Shown: positions 28,392-37,698 of the stretch, piece after piece | Layout of the letters: each line of letters starts with the position of its first letter | Numbering within the stretch: position 1 is the stretch's first letter | Origin: an uncultured virus (IMG/VR IMGVR_UViG_3300025922_000012) | Taxonomy: Duplodnaviria; Heunggongvirae; Uroviricota; Caudoviricetes | Virus record (IMG/VR): IMGVR_UViG_3300025922_000012 | Direction: 5' to 3' (one strand) | Length of the DNA stretch: 64,000 nucleotides | Position numbers and translations under genes: made by a program | The notes under the pieces: generated by a model | The model's database searches: none | What the model saw: only the letters and a program-made list of their open reading frames with translations | Told to the model about the DNA's origin: nothing

Positions 28392-29011
28392 CGGTTCCGT
28401 CCTCGGCTGTCCGCGTCTCGATTGCTCGCGTTGAAGCTGTAGGCTTCGGAGTAGAAATTTGTCGGCTTGACTGTCGGCCCACCTTTGTTGTCGTTGTTCT
28501 TCATGGCCGCTTCCATAATCGCGCGACCGCGAGGCGTCAACCGCACCGTCTTCATCCGACCCGTGGGACGGCCTTTCTCGTCTTGCTCTGGGATCTGAAA
28601 CCCCTGTTCCAAACCGCGCCGGATCTCTGATCGCCGTTCCGACTCCCCGCGCTCAAAGGCTTCCTGCTGACGTTCAACCCGCCGCCGAACCTGCGACATC
28701 TCCGCTTCGTTGAAGTGCTTCTCAAAACGTCGTACGTCGGTCCAGCCGCGAAGTTCAATGCGCGTGAATCCCTGCGAGTCGTACATGGCCGTCGAACTCG
28801 TCTCGGTGTCAGGGGGGAACCGGAACGTCCCATCGGCGGCTTGGTAGACGACCACTGGGTCAACCGATCCTGACTTCATGTAGGACGGTCGGTGGATCTG
28901 TTGCGTCGGTTTCTCGCAGATCGAACACGGCGGCGTATTCGGCCAATCAGAGTTGTGCCGATACACTTCGAGAACGTGCCCTGCTTCGCACTCGACATCA
29001 ATAAGCGGCAT
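28388..29011 (-). CDS. Zinc-ribbon (FmdB-like) N-terminal domain protein
   Basis: MPLIDVECEAGH...PCSICEKP. Confidence 0.65.
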   Translation of the reverse strand: MPLIDVECEAGHVLEVYRHNSDWPNTPPCSICEKPTQQIHRPSYMKSGSVDPVVVYQAADGTFRFPPDTETSSTAMYDSQGFTRIELRGWTDVRRFEKHFNEAEMSQVRRRVERQQEAFERGESERRSEIRRGLEQGFQIPEQDEKGRPTGRMKTVRLTPRGRAIMEAAMKNNDNKGGPTVKPTNFYSEAYSFNASNRDADSRGRNR

Positions 29012-29199
29012 CAGAGTTCTTCCGGCGTAATCGCCTGAATACCGTTTTTGGAGATGAGGTACATCAGCCGCTCGTCGTACTTGTCGGTCTTGAGTTCGGC
29101 GTTCAAGACTTTCCCGTTGCACGCCACGATGGCAGGATGACCCGTTCCTCGCACGGCTTCCTTATAGCCTCGCTCCAGTTCGCCGTAGTTGGGTTCCAT
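29011..29199 (-). CDS. Hypothetical protein
   Basis: TGATG coupling at both ends. Confidence 0.5.
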   Translation of the reverse strand: MEPNYGELERGYKEAVRGTGHPAIVACNGKVLNAELKTDKYDERLMYLISKNGIQAITPEEL

Positions 29200-29492
29200 C
29201 AGACCTTCTGCGGCCACGCAAAGGTTCGTGGGCCGGATCCGACGCAGACCGATGTCACCCAATGGAGATCATTGCCGTCCAGCATCACCTGTCCGTTGAC
29301 GGCCGTGGTGTCGTTCGGCGGATCCCCCCAGACCTTCGTGATCACCATTGGGAACACGTCACCTTCCGCGACTGGATTTCCGTGGTGGATCGGACCAGCG
29401 ATGCCTCCGCCAGCCAAGCGGCGTCTGGAGATTTCCTGCGCGTCGGTGGCGGAGATGGTGTAGTGAACGATGCGGCCGAGAGATGGGGCCAT
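29199..29492 (-). CDS. Conserved phage hypothetical protein
   Basis: PSLGRIVHY...PMVITKVW...VNGQVMLDGND..WVTS motif. Confidence 0.65.
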   Translation of the reverse strand: MAPSLGRIVHYTISATDAQEISRRRLAGGGIAGPIHHGNPVAEGDVFPMVITKVWGDPPNDTTAVNGQVMLDGNDLHWVTSVCVGSGPRTFAWPQKV

Positions 29493-29532
29493 GTCAGATC
29501 CTTTCTGGAAATGCGGTTTATCTTACGCCGAT

Positions 29533-29709
29533 CTACCGATAAATGTATCGGCCAGTGAACCGGCTGCTGTATTCCTTGCCGTGTTCCTCCAGCATGTCAG
29601 CGTGATGCCGGAGCCAGTCGGCGATGTACTTCCGGCCGCGCTTGGTCATTTCGTTTGCGCGCCGGACGGTGATGATCGCTGCGCTCTGTTCCTTGGACCG
29701 CTTAGCCAT
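29533..29709 (-). CDS. Hypothetical basic protein
   Basis: AGGAG SD; MAKRSKEQSAAIITVRRA... Confidence 0.55.
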   Translation of the reverse strand: MAKRSKEQSAAIITVRRANEMTKRGRKYIADWLRHHADMLEEHGKEYSSRFTGRYIYR

Positions 29710-29718
29710 TGTCGTCTC

Positions 29719-31959
29719 CTATTGAAAACCACGAGGCATTCGTGGATTTAACGCCCGTGCCAACTCTACCTGACCCCGCAAGCCGCCGACACGCTGTACC
29801 AGCATGAGGCTTGGCGACGGCACGTCCGAACTCTGCGCGGGATCCGCTTGAAAGATCGCGTAGTTCGGCTTCACTTCGGGATCCCCTCCGGGGACGTATT
29901 GGACCCGCTGCCGTGCAAATTGTCGATGCGGAGCCTTGCCCATGTGGAGACTGAACAGCGGGAAGCCTATCGCCATCACCCGATCATCGTAGGCGTCTGG
30001 GGCGGCTTGGGGCTTTTTCCGATCCGCTGCGCGCTCCAACGTCGTTAATTCCTGGATCAGATACGGCGACGGCAGATCAATCGCTTCTTCTGAGAGGTTA
30101 GTCAACAGCATGTCAAACATCTGCGCGCGGAAGGTGACGTTGGTGTAGACGCCGAGTTTGTTGACTTCGCCGTCCTTCCGTTGCTTCCGGTTGTCGTACG
30201 ACTTCCACGGATGGAAATTGCTCCAGCCGCGCTTCTGAAGCTCGTACTGACACGCCGCACCGTTCGCCCATGCTTCAATCGCCAGCCGACATTGGACCCT
30301 TCGGCCTGCGGACGCCTTGAACGTCGAATAGAGACAGCCTACGGCCATCACGAGGGGCCATAACTGAAACGCCGTCACGTACGCCGATGCCCACTCTGCG
30401 ACCTGACCGGGACCGCGCTGCGGGGTTGATTCTCGCATCGCCTGAATCACCGCCCGATCCTGCCCGATGCCTTCCGAGGTATCCACGCCGATCCCGTAGG
30501 AATGTCCAGCTTCCGGCCACTCCCAAATCAGGAGTTTCAGATCCCAATCGAAGTCCGCATAGCCGGTGAACAATAGGGGGATCAGTTGGTACTTCGCATC
30601 CAACTTCGGCACGACATCCCGCGTCTTGATCGTGATCGGCGGCTTGGAGTGATCCCAGAATCGACGCGGCGTGATCAACGCGGGCGGAATGTCAGGCCCG
30701 ATGATCGTGTAGGCCCCGAGCGGATTCCGCGTGCGCTCCTGATAGCCGAGCAGGATTTCCGTGTCGATGATCGGGATATTGGAAAGCTGGAACGCCTCGA
30801 AGTCATCACTGCAATACTGCGCGAGGAAAACATTGAGCGATTTTTCTTCCTTCGCCGTTTGATAGCCGCGCTCCCACCACCACATCTGCTCTTTCGGCAT
30901 CTTCCAGTCTTTGTTGCCGTGGGCGAGATGTTCAAAAAGCAGTGGGTTTGTCAGGACGTACTGCCGTGCGCGCTCCGCGTGCGCGATTGTGCGATCGTCT
31001 GGGATCCAATGCGATGGGATCGGATTTTTCCGAATGGTCGCCGGGGTCGGATAGATGTCCTGCCCGCAAAACCACGGGAGGAAGATCGGACGAATGCGGC
31101 CGGTGCCTCTCGCCCAATCGCGTTTCGTCTGCTCCCACTTGTTTTTCCACCAACCTGGACCCTGCGCCGTCGATTCCAACATGCCGAAGACGTTGGGTGT
31201 GTCGAGGATCGCCGGGAGCAATCCCATGTCCACGAGTTCTTCGGCGTTCGGCCACAGGCACAGCTCTGAGAGGTGGACCCGGTTCGGCGTGGATCCCTGC
31301 GCGACTCCGGTGAACTGGTTGCCGGCCTGAAACGTGAGACGAGAACGAATATCTGGGTACTCGACCGGGATGCCGGACTTGATCTTCGGCTCGCCCTGCG
31401 GCAACAGCCACCACGGCTGCTGATCCAAGCAGAACTTGATCATGCCCGCCATTTCCAACGTCTTCGATGGATCCGCCGACGCGACGACGCAGTTGGCGTC
31501 CATTTGGAACTGGAAACTGTGCGTGATGTTCAACTCCGCTGCGGTTGAGACACCCAAACGACGTGCCTTGAGATTTTGGTTCCAGATCGCATTCCCGGCA
31601 CGCTCATCCTCAGCCCAGAGATCGAAGATGATGTTCTGCGCCACGTTGGGGACGAAATGCGCCGGTTGCCGGTCCCAATTGATCAGCCACGCGTACCGGG
31701 GCACCCAATAATTTCGGAAGTCCAACGCGCAGATCCTGCGCTCGTTTTGGATGAAGTCAGATTCGTCCTGCGTCAACGGACGCCGCAATCGCTTCTGCTC
31801 GTGGTCGTAGAGTCCGTCTAGGTGGGTTATCGCGTGATCGATCTGCGCCTGCGAATGGTATTCAGGGATCCATTCCGGCTTGCCTTTGGCTCTGGCGTCG
31901 GTGTTGATCTTGAGGGCGACCGCCTCGATCATCCGTTGACTGATTTCGGAGGCGTACAC
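29719..31959 (-). CDS. terL: Terminase large subunit
   Basis: Walker A LKARRLGVST, Walker B HLSE, ESTA coupling motif, nuclease GVDTSEG and DDRVMA. Confidence 0.92.
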   Translation of the reverse strand: MYASEISQRMIEAVALKINTDARAKGKPEWIPEYHSQAQIDHAITHLDGLYDHEQKRLRRPLTQDESDFIQNERRICALDFRNYWVPRYAWLINWDRQPAHFVPNVAQNIIFDLWAEDERAGNAIWNQNLKARRLGVSTAAELNITHSFQFQMDANCVVASADPSKTLEMAGMIKFCLDQQPWWLLPQGEPKIKSGIPVEYPDIRSRLTFQAGNQFTGVAQGSTPNRVHLSELCLWPNAEELVDMGLLPAILDTPNVFGMLESTAQGPGWWKNKWEQTKRDWARGTGRIRPIFLPWFCGQDIYPTPATIRKNPIPSHWIPDDRTIAHAERARQYVLTNPLLFEHLAHGNKDWKMPKEQMWWWERGYQTAKEEKSLNVFLAQYCSDDFEAFQLSNIPIIDTEILLGYQERTRNPLGAYTIIGPDIPPALITPRRFWDHSKPPITIKTRDVVPKLDAKYQLIPLLFTGYADFDWDLKLLIWEWPEAGHSYGIGVDTSEGIGQDRAVIQAMRESTPQRGPGQVAEWASAYVTAFQLWPLVMAVGCLYSTFKASAGRRVQCRLAIEAWANGAACQYELQKRGWSNFHPWKSYDNRKQRKDGEVNKLGVYTNVTFRAQMFDMLLTNLSEEAIDLPSPYLIQELTTLERAADRKKPQAAPDAYDDRVMAIGFPLFSLHMGKAPHRQFARQRVQYVPGGDPEVKPNYAIFQADPAQSSDVPSPSLMLVQRVGGLRGQVELARALNPRMPRGFQ

Positions 31960-32313
31960 CTACTTGACCTGACCATTCGTAATGAACCCGTGCCATGAAC
32001 AACCTGGAGTGATGTCAATGGAGGGCTGTAACGTCAGGTTCTCAAATGAGTCTCCTGATACTGACCATCGTGACGGACCACCATTTTTAGATTGGGATCC
32101 AAGATGATCAGGGACGCCACGATCTCGGAATGTGACAATTACTAGGTGAGTACCTACGTTCCCACCATTCTTGGTAAAACACGCTGGACAGAGAAATTCG
32201 ACAGATTGTGCTTCCGCTATTGTCGGAACTCGAATGTCGTAACGCTGGAGCTTGGATCCTTCTCGGCGTTCTTCATGTCGTCTAAATGACGGCTCCAGAT
32301 CAACGAGGCGCAT
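31960..32313 (-). CDS. DUF6527-like Cys/His protein
   Basis: FLCPAC...LTLQPSI..PGCSWHGFITNG; lower GC than flanks. Confidence 0.6.
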   Translation of the reverse strand: MRLVDLEPSFRRHEERREGSKLQRYDIRVPTIAEAQSVEFLCPACFTKNGGNVGTHLVIVTFRDRGVPDHLGSQSKNGGPSRWSVSGDSFENLTLQPSIDITPGCSWHGFITNGQVK

Positions 32314-33480
32314 TCAGACCGCTTCTTCCACGTCGGCCGGCACATCGATCACGTCCAGATCCGGAGCCGCTTCCGCGATCTGCTTCTGCACTTGCGCCCG
32401 CGAATCCGCCAACGACGCAATATCGGCGGCGAACTTCGGGACCGAGGGTTCCGCTGAACTCGCCGCTGCGGCTTGGGAACTGGCACTCGCATTCGCGTGC
32501 AAGTGGATCGATGCGCCCTTGGGCACCGGGAGGAACTGTTGCCCCTGCAAGAAGAGTTTGCGATCCTCCGCGCCCTGTTCCGAATCCAGCCGCAACCCAG
32601 ACTTCCCCATCGCCGCGATCACGGCTGGATGGAACGTGGCGGCGATCAAGTTACCCGCATCTTTGGAGGCTTCGACGGCATGACCGACGACAGCGGCGAG
32701 AAGCGCGGACACTTTGACGCCCGCCGCCGCGCAGATGTCCCCGAAGTTGACGTGCTTCTGTTCTGAGGGGTGCAACTCGCAGTACACCAGCCACCACGCC
32801 CGAGCGATGGGATCGCCGTTTTGGAAGGCGAGCTTCACGTACTCCACAAACCGCGCCTTCCCCCCTGGAAGATAGCGAATCGTGAACTCCAAGGGGTTGA
32901 TGTCCGGCATCTGCGGGAGCAAGCGATCCTTGTACTTCCGAGACAGCGTGCGGCGAGCCCGTTCCTTGGGGCTGTTGATCGGAAACGGCGTCTCGTCGGC
33001 GATCCCCAAGGCGGGCGGATCGGGCAGCGTCACATCCAGATCCGCCACCGCTTTCCGCGCCGCTGCGGATTCACGTTTGCGCTTCAACGCGGCTCGCTTC
33101 CTGTAGCTGCGGAGGATCGTTCTCCGGTGGAGTTCATCCCATCGTCCGAAGTTGGTTCGGGGTCGCCCATGCTTGGGGCTGACATCTGGCCGTCTGAGCC
33201 CGCCACGCTTGATGCGGCGCTTTCTCTGACGGACTTTTCCTGTGCCGCCACGGCCTCTTCCGTCAACGGGGGACGGATCCACACGTCGCTTGCCGTCCGC
33301 TTCCGAAATGGGAGCGTTGGATCCACTGGACGCCGCTTCGCCGTCAGAGCTGGTGTCCCGCGTGTCGCCAGATGGATCTCCCGCAAGAGATCGTTCTGTT
33401 CTTCGAGCAGGATCCGAATCTGATTGAGGATGCCAAGAAGGCGCATCGGAGCCTGTACGGATCTCTTGACCGCCTTCCAC
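32314..33480 (-). CDS. Candidate terminase small subunit / DNA-binding protein (true start uncertain, likely near 33270)
   Basis: Upstream of TerL; Arg-rich segment, HTH-like FGDICAAAGVKVSALL. Confidence 0.45.
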   Translation of the reverse strand: MEGGQEIRTGSDAPSWHPQSDSDPARRTERSLAGDPSGDTRDTSSDGEAASSGSNAPISEADGKRRVDPSPVDGRGRGGTGKVRQRKRRIKRGGLRRPDVSPKHGRPRTNFGRWDELHRRTILRSYRKRAALKRKRESAAARKAVADLDVTLPDPPALGIADETPFPINSPKERARRTLSRKYKDRLLPQMPDINPLEFTIRYLPGGKARFVEYVKLAFQNGDPIARAWWLVYCELHPSEQKHVNFGDICAAAGVKVSALLAAVVGHAVEASKDAGNLIAATFHPAVIAAMGKSGLRLDSEQGAEDRKLFLQGQQFLPVPKGASIHLHANASASSQAAAASSAEPSVPKFAADIASLADSRAQVQKQIAEAAPDLDVIDVPADVEEAV

Positions 33481-33482
33481 AC
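33084..33482 (-). CDS. Hypothetical protein overlapping the TerS candidate in another frame
   Basis: Amphipathic ILNQIRILLEEQNDLLREI reads as a real protein. Confidence 0.45.
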   Translation of the reverse strand: MWKAVKRSVQAPMRLLGILNQIRILLEEQNDLLREIHLATRGTPALTAKRRPVDPTLPFRKRTASDVWIRPPLTEEAVAAQEKSVRESAASSVAGSDGQMSAPSMGDPEPTSDDGMNSTGERSSAATGSEPR

Positions 33483-33491
33483 TCGGTTGGC

Positions 33492-33758
33492 CTAGACCTT
33501 GACGGCTTCGCGCAGGCGCACGCCGGGGGGCGACGACTTCAGTTCCACCTGAAAGGCGGTTTCGTCGCCTTCGTTGGCGCGGATCACTTGCTGCGTGTTG
33601 ACTGCGCTCAGTGATGTGTGCGATTCGTTTCCCGGCATCGTGGCGATGGATTCGATGTCGCAGTTGCAGTACTCCTCCGACGAGTGGATCTGCTTCACCT
33701 TGAACGGCATCATCACCGTGTCGCCAACCTTGAGTTCACGTCCGAATGCGTCGTGCAT
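33492..33758 (-). CDS. Small SH3-like barrel protein
   Basis: MHDAFGRELKVGDTV; GGAG SD. Confidence 0.6.
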   Translation of the reverse strand: MHDAFGRELKVGDTVMMPFKVKQIHSSEEYCNCDIESIATMPGNESHTSLSAVNTQQVIRANEGDETAFQVELKSSPPGVRLREAVKV

Positions 33759-33930
33759 GTTCAACTCCATTACAAGTCGTTCAGCGAGGATTCGCCAATC
33801 ACGTTCGGGTAGAGGTCCGAGTCGGAAGTCAGAACTTATTCGGTGATTATGGCCCGGATGATCCATAAAGCAATGGATCCCTTGGCATGTACAGCACCGG
33901 CAAAATGGCTCCGGAAAACAATCCATGCTG

Positions 33931-34170
33931 TCAGTCCTCTTCGGCGGTAACTTCGATCAGGACCGGCTGAAGAGGCTGATTGAACGTCAGGAGCGTGAGA
34001 CGGATGTTCTCGCCGTGCGCGATCCGGAGGCGTTCCTCTTCCGTCAGGCTCCACTCAGTTATGACCCGCCCATCGTCGGTCTTGCGCGCTGGAAGCGGGA
34101 TGTATTCCGGCTGATCTTCCGCATAGACGACTGGACTGCCGACGCCGGTTGTTGGGGTGACTGGCGTCAT
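33931..34170 (-). CDS. Conserved phage hypothetical protein
   Basis: YAEDQPEYIPLPA...WSLTEEER...TFNQPLQP. Confidence 0.65.
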   Translation of the reverse strand: MTPVTPTTGVGSPVVYAEDQPEYIPLPARKTDDGRVITEWSLTEEERLRIAHGENIRLTLLTFNQPLQPVLIEVTAEED

Positions 34171-34379
34171 GCGCGTCCAGAGGATCGCTTGGCCGTGCGA
34201 CCCTTCCCCATGACGCGGGCCATCGCCGCCACGCGCTTGCGACCGTGGGCCAGCGCCCGTCCGTGCCGTGCCTTGTCAGCGCGCACTTCCTCAGATCGTT
34301 CGAGAGTCCGGAAGTCATCCTCTGCGCGATAGTCCATCTCGGACTTGGAGGGTTTCGACGGTGAGGCCATATCGCACAT
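34167..34379 (-). CDS. Small basic protein
   Basis: YRAEDDFRTLERSEEVRAD. Confidence 0.55.
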   Translation of the reverse strand: MCDMASPSKPSKSEMDYRAEDDFRTLERSEEVRADKARHGRALAHGRKRVAAMARVMGKGRTAKRSSGRA

Positions 34380-34383
34380 CGCC

Positions 34384-34545
34384 TTATCTCCGTGGAGATC
34401 GTTTCGGGGATCGCTTGGACTTCCGACCCTTACCGGCCTTACGGTACGAGGCGGCTATCGCTTGATCTTGCGGATGTCCCGCGCGAACCATCTCCGCAAT
34501 ATTGCTGCTGATAACCGCCTTTGACGAACCTGACCGAAGGGGCAC
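34384..34545 (-). CDS. Small basic phage protein
   Basis: [34 protein letters not shown]; recurrent phage motif. Confidence 0.65.
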   Translation of the reverse strand: MPLRSGSSKAVISSNIAEMVRAGHPQDQAIAASYRKAGKGRKSKRSPKRSPRR

Positions 34546-34553
34546 GTCGGATC

Positions 34554-34751
34554 CTACTTGCGCTTCCGACCCGAACCGGTGTCCTCGATCGGCGCGTCGG
34601 ATGCGACCGGCACATCACCGGCAGGAACCTCGGCGGCGGCAGGCGGCAATGGATCCGGCGTCAAACCTGCGGCCTGTTCCGTTGCTGCGGCCGTCTTTTC
34701 GTTAGAGTAGCCGGTGCTCGTGTTCCGTTCTCTCGCTTCTGCTTCGCTCAT
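34554..34751 (-). CDS. Small disordered protein
   Basis: AAGGAG SD. Confidence 0.55.
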   Translation of the reverse strand: MSEAEARERNTSTGYSNEKTAAATEQAAGLTPDPLPPAAAEVPAGDVPVASDAPIEDTGSGRKRK

Positions 34752-34787
34752 AATGTCACTCCTTCAGCCGGAAAGATTAGCACGGAG

Positions 34788-34931
34788 TCAACGGATGATG
34801 TCCAAGGGATCTGTTTTGGTCGCATCCACACGTTTGGCGAAGCTGTCCAGCCAGAGAATGAAACTCCCGAGCGCGACAACTCCGATCAAAAAGAGCGGCG
34901 CGACGATGATCAGCCAGCCCCACCACGGCAT
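34788..34931 (-). CDS. Small single-TM protein
   Basis: MPWWGWLIIVAPLFLIGVVALGSFILWL. Confidence 0.5.
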   Translation of the reverse strand: MPWWGWLIIVAPLFLIGVVALGSFILWLDSFAKRVDATKTDPLDIIR

Positions 34932-34943
34932 ATTTTGGATCCC

Positions 34944-34984
34944 TTAAAACGGCTGACGGCCCAACCTCCGTGAACCGTCAGCCT
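34944..34984 (-). terminator. Probable intrinsic terminator
   Basis: Minus strand GGCTGACGG-N15-CCGTCAGCC followed by GTTTT. Confidence 0.45.
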
Positions 34985-34998
34985 CCCCGTCACCGATT

Positions 34999-35113
34999 GA
35001 CCACCACTACTCAGGTCTGGCGGCGATCCACTGCATCCCGCCGTGGGCCTCCGACTCGCTTCCCCGCCTCCGACAGCCCATCACGCGGAGATCATCTGCG
35101 GGTACTGGTGGCC
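34999..35113 (-). ncRNA. Candidate multistem small RNA / cis-element
   Basis: Closing stem GGCCACCA/TGGTGGTC enclosing further stems; intergenic. Confidence 0.35.
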
Positions 35114-35125
35114 GTGCGAAGCTCG

Positions 35126-35413
35126 TTACACGTCTTTCAACGGCATGTGGTTCAGTTGCGCCCAACCGTAGTTGGATCGATCAATGTCGCACGTCGCCAC
35201 GCCGATAATCTTACCGTCCCAGAAGATCGCATCGCCTTTCTTCAGCGGCGTCAAGGCGTGCACATACCGATACATCGTGCCGTTCGCTCCAAGCACCAGC
35301 GGGGATTGATCGGGGATCATTCCCTGCGGGGTCCGGTTGACAAACTCTACGTTCGCCAGCAGTGGAGCGGCAGCGAGTCCGAGAAGACGCCCGAGAAACC
35401 CTCTGCGTTTCAT
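35126..35413 (-). CDS. Twin-arginine-leader protein with cement-like domain
   Basis: MKRRGFLGRLLGLAAAPLLA; YRYVHA...GDAIFWD...GVAT...NYGWAQ. Confidence 0.65.
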   Translation of the reverse strand: MKRRGFLGRLLGLAAAPLLANVEFVNRTPQGMIPDQSPLVLGANGTMYRYVHALTPLKKGDAIFWDGKIIGVATCDIDRSNYGWAQLNHMPLKDV

Positions 35414-35835
35414 GGTAGCGGAAACACGCGCCTCGGTCGCTTCAAACGATCCCGGATCTCTCGTTTTCGTCGCTCCGTGATCAACTCTTGGGGCTCTGGT
35501 GCGCGGAGCGGAGTCTGCGGCATAGAAGACGTACCGCTAGATGGAGTCGCAAACGCGAATTGGCCCGTCTCTCCCGGATAGTACGTCGGGTTGGGATCGA
35601 ACCCTCTCAGGTAGAGTGCGTAATGCTGAACACGCCCGCACGCGGTACACCGCAGGTTGAATTTCACCGAGGGCCAGACGCCACTCGGCGTTGAGTGCTC
35701 GTGCTGGCAATTGGCGCACTTCCACTGAATGTCGGCGGCGACAGGCGGTGTTGGATTCGTTGGTCGCTCGTCCGTTCCGACACTACCAGCGACGGCCGCG
35801 CCGACGAGTCGCCCGAAAAAGTCTCTGCGGAGCAT
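35410..35835 (-). CDS. Twin-arginine-leader protein with two CxxC
   Basis: MLRRDFFGRLVGAAVAG; CANC and CTAC. Confidence 0.6.
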   Translation of the reverse strand: MLRRDFFGRLVGAAVAGSVGTDERPTNPTPPVAADIQWKCANCQHEHSTPSGVWPSVKFNLRCTACGRVQHYALYLRGFDPNPTYYPGETGQFAFATPSSGTSSMPQTPLRAPEPQELITERRKREIRDRLKRPRRVFPLP

Positions 35836-35838
35836 GGC

Positions 35839-36024
35839 TTACTCCTCTCGCGCGAATGAACAGCCCCAACAAATCAGCAACCAAGGTCCACCGCTTCTCA
35901 CGCGCGTATGCGGTTCGGTTTCTCCGCACTTCGGACAGACGAGCAGGAGCGGTTTCACTGGATCCGTTTCGTCCAGTTCGGAAATGACGTTCATCTCCGC
36001 TTCACGTTCCTCGGTGCGCGTCAT
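35839..36024 (-). CDS. Small zinc-ribbon protein
   Basis: CPKC...CWGC. Confidence 0.5.
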   Translation of the reverse strand: MTRTEEREAEMNVISELDETDPVKPLLLVCPKCGETEPHTRVRSGGPWLLICWGCSFAREE

Positions 36025-37028
36025 CGCGTGAGCGCCGCCATGTCGGATCCTGGCGAGACGACATCGACAAACGCTTGCCGTCCGTTCGTTTCGATCAACT
36101 GCTTCCGAGGCTTGCCCAACCCGAGTTCGTCGCGGAGCGCATCCGGAGGCTGATCGCTTTCTCCGTCCGGCGTAAACTCCTGCCGCACCGCTTGAATGAT
36201 GAAGCAGACCTGATCCGCCTTCAGTTTGGCGATCTCCAGCGGTGTCCCGCCCTTCTCGCCGTCCTTCGGAGCCTTGATCTTCTGGATCACAAACCCGGCG
36301 TTGTCGTCTTCCGCGTGCCCTTCCACGATCAACTGCAACGTCATCCGAATGCGCGGGTAGACCAGCGCCATTGAGAACCGGAGATCGTTGCGGATCTGAG
36401 CCACCAAGGTATCCGCCAGCGCGTACGCCAGTTCGGCGGCTTCATCCCCTTGAAGCGGGAAGTACTGCGCGTCGTTCAGATCCGAAAACCCCCCACGGGA
36501 GATCCCGTCGAACTTGTCGCCCTTCGGTGGGGTCAGATCCGGCAACAGGCCCTTGGCCGGCGAATCCGTATTCGACGCGGCCGGCATTCGTGCGCGGTCT
36601 TCGGCGGTGAGTTCCGGCAGCACGTCTGACAACTGATCGATGTCGCCTTGCATCGGATCCAGCGCCGGAACGGGCTGACCCTGACCGGGAAGGACCGACA
36701 GATCCCGTGGGGCCTGCTCGCGTGGGGCGGTCACGTCGGAGACAGCCTTCGTTGGTTCCGTGCCGAACACGTCGTCAATTAAGGCTTGGGTTGGATCCGG
36801 TTTCGTCGCCTGCGCGTTGGCAGCGACCAGCGCGGCGGCGGTCACGCCAGTTCCGACAACGGCGACCTTGCGCTGCGGCGGCGCAAACGGCTTCAGTTCC
36901 CGCTCGTTCTGCCGTGCCCGATCCTGTTGAAACGCAATTGTTTCTGGTTGGATCGGTTGCGCGCTTTCAACCGGCGCATCGGCTGGTGGTTTCGCGCCGC
37001 CGCCCGTTATTTCGCTTTTGTTACCCAC
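36021..37028 (-). CDS. Hypothetical protein, disordered N-terminus and globular C-terminus
   Basis: AAGGAG SD; 335 aa. Confidence 0.65.
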   Translation of the reverse strand: MGNKSEITGGGAKPPADAPVESAQPIQPETIAFQQDRARQNERELKPFAPPQRKVAVVGTGVTAAALVAANAQATKPDPTQALIDDVFGTEPTKAVSDVTAPREQAPRDLSVLPGQGQPVPALDPMQGDIDQLSDVLPELTAEDRARMPAASNTDSPAKGLLPDLTPPKGDKFDGISRGGFSDLNDAQYFPLQGDEAAELAYALADTLVAQIRNDLRFSMALVYPRIRMTLQLIVEGHAEDDNAGFVIQKIKAPKDGEKGGTPLEIAKLKADQVCFIIQAVRQEFTPDGESDQPPDALRDELGLGKPRKQLIETNGRQAFVDVVSPGSDMAALTR

Positions 37029-37030
37029 GT

Positions 37031-37225
37031 TTACTCCTTCACTGTCTCTAATCCAAGGGCGGTTCTCAAATCATTGATCCATTTCTGGACCGTTGATAGA
37101 TGGATTTCTTGACCGTCCGTTTTGGCAACGTAGTCAACCACGCGCTGCATTTCTTCAACAACCGTCGCGGCATTACAGAGCGCCGTAAACGGGATCTCTC
37201 CGTGATCGTCCCAATCGCCGTGCAT
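37031..37225 (-). CDS. Hypothetical protein
   Basis: AAGGA SD. Confidence 0.5.
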   Translation of the reverse strand: MHGDWDDHGEIPFTALCNAATVVEEMQRVVDYVAKTDGQEIHLSTVQKWINDLRTALGLETVKE

Positions 37226-37227
37226 CT

Positions 37228-37698
37228 CTATTCCTTTGGATCCGTTGCAGAGGATAGCACGGTCGGCGTTTTCTCTTCGTCTTGTGGTGATCGGATCAGG
37301 AGGAGGGCAGCGTCAGGGGGAGACGGTAAGGGCATCCAGTGGGTCATCTTTTCGACCAACCGAAACATCGCGTCGTCGTTACCTTCTGATTCTTCCCACC
37401 AGCCCGGATCGAGGTTTGTGCCGTGCTCGGTGACTTGCCAGTCAGGCACGTCATCGGACATTTCCAGCGTGCCTGCCGGCCAATACGACGCCATCGCGGT
37501 TCTACGCTTCCCGTGCGAGTTCACCCACGTGACGAGCACCTTGCGGCCTTCCGGTGCCGTCTCAATGGGTTGCCACGCTCGCAGTCCTTCTTCGAGAGGA
37601 GAAAGAACGGAACGGAGACGGACCACTTCTGCTTCAGCGTCTTTGTAATGCTGGAGAAGTCCAGCATAGTCCCAGCCGCATGAAGCCTGTTCGGTCAT
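37228..37698 (-). CDS. DUF551-like protein
   Basis: WQPIETAP...THWMPLPSPP. Confidence 0.7.
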   Translation of the reverse strand: MTEQASCGWDYAGLLQHYKDAEAEVVRLRSVLSPLEEGLRAWQPIETAPEGRKVLVTWVNSHGKRRTAMASYWPAGTLEMSDDVPDWQVTEHGTNLDPGWWEESEGNDDAMFRLVEKMTHWMPLPSPPDAALLLIRSPQDEEKTPTVLSSATDPKE

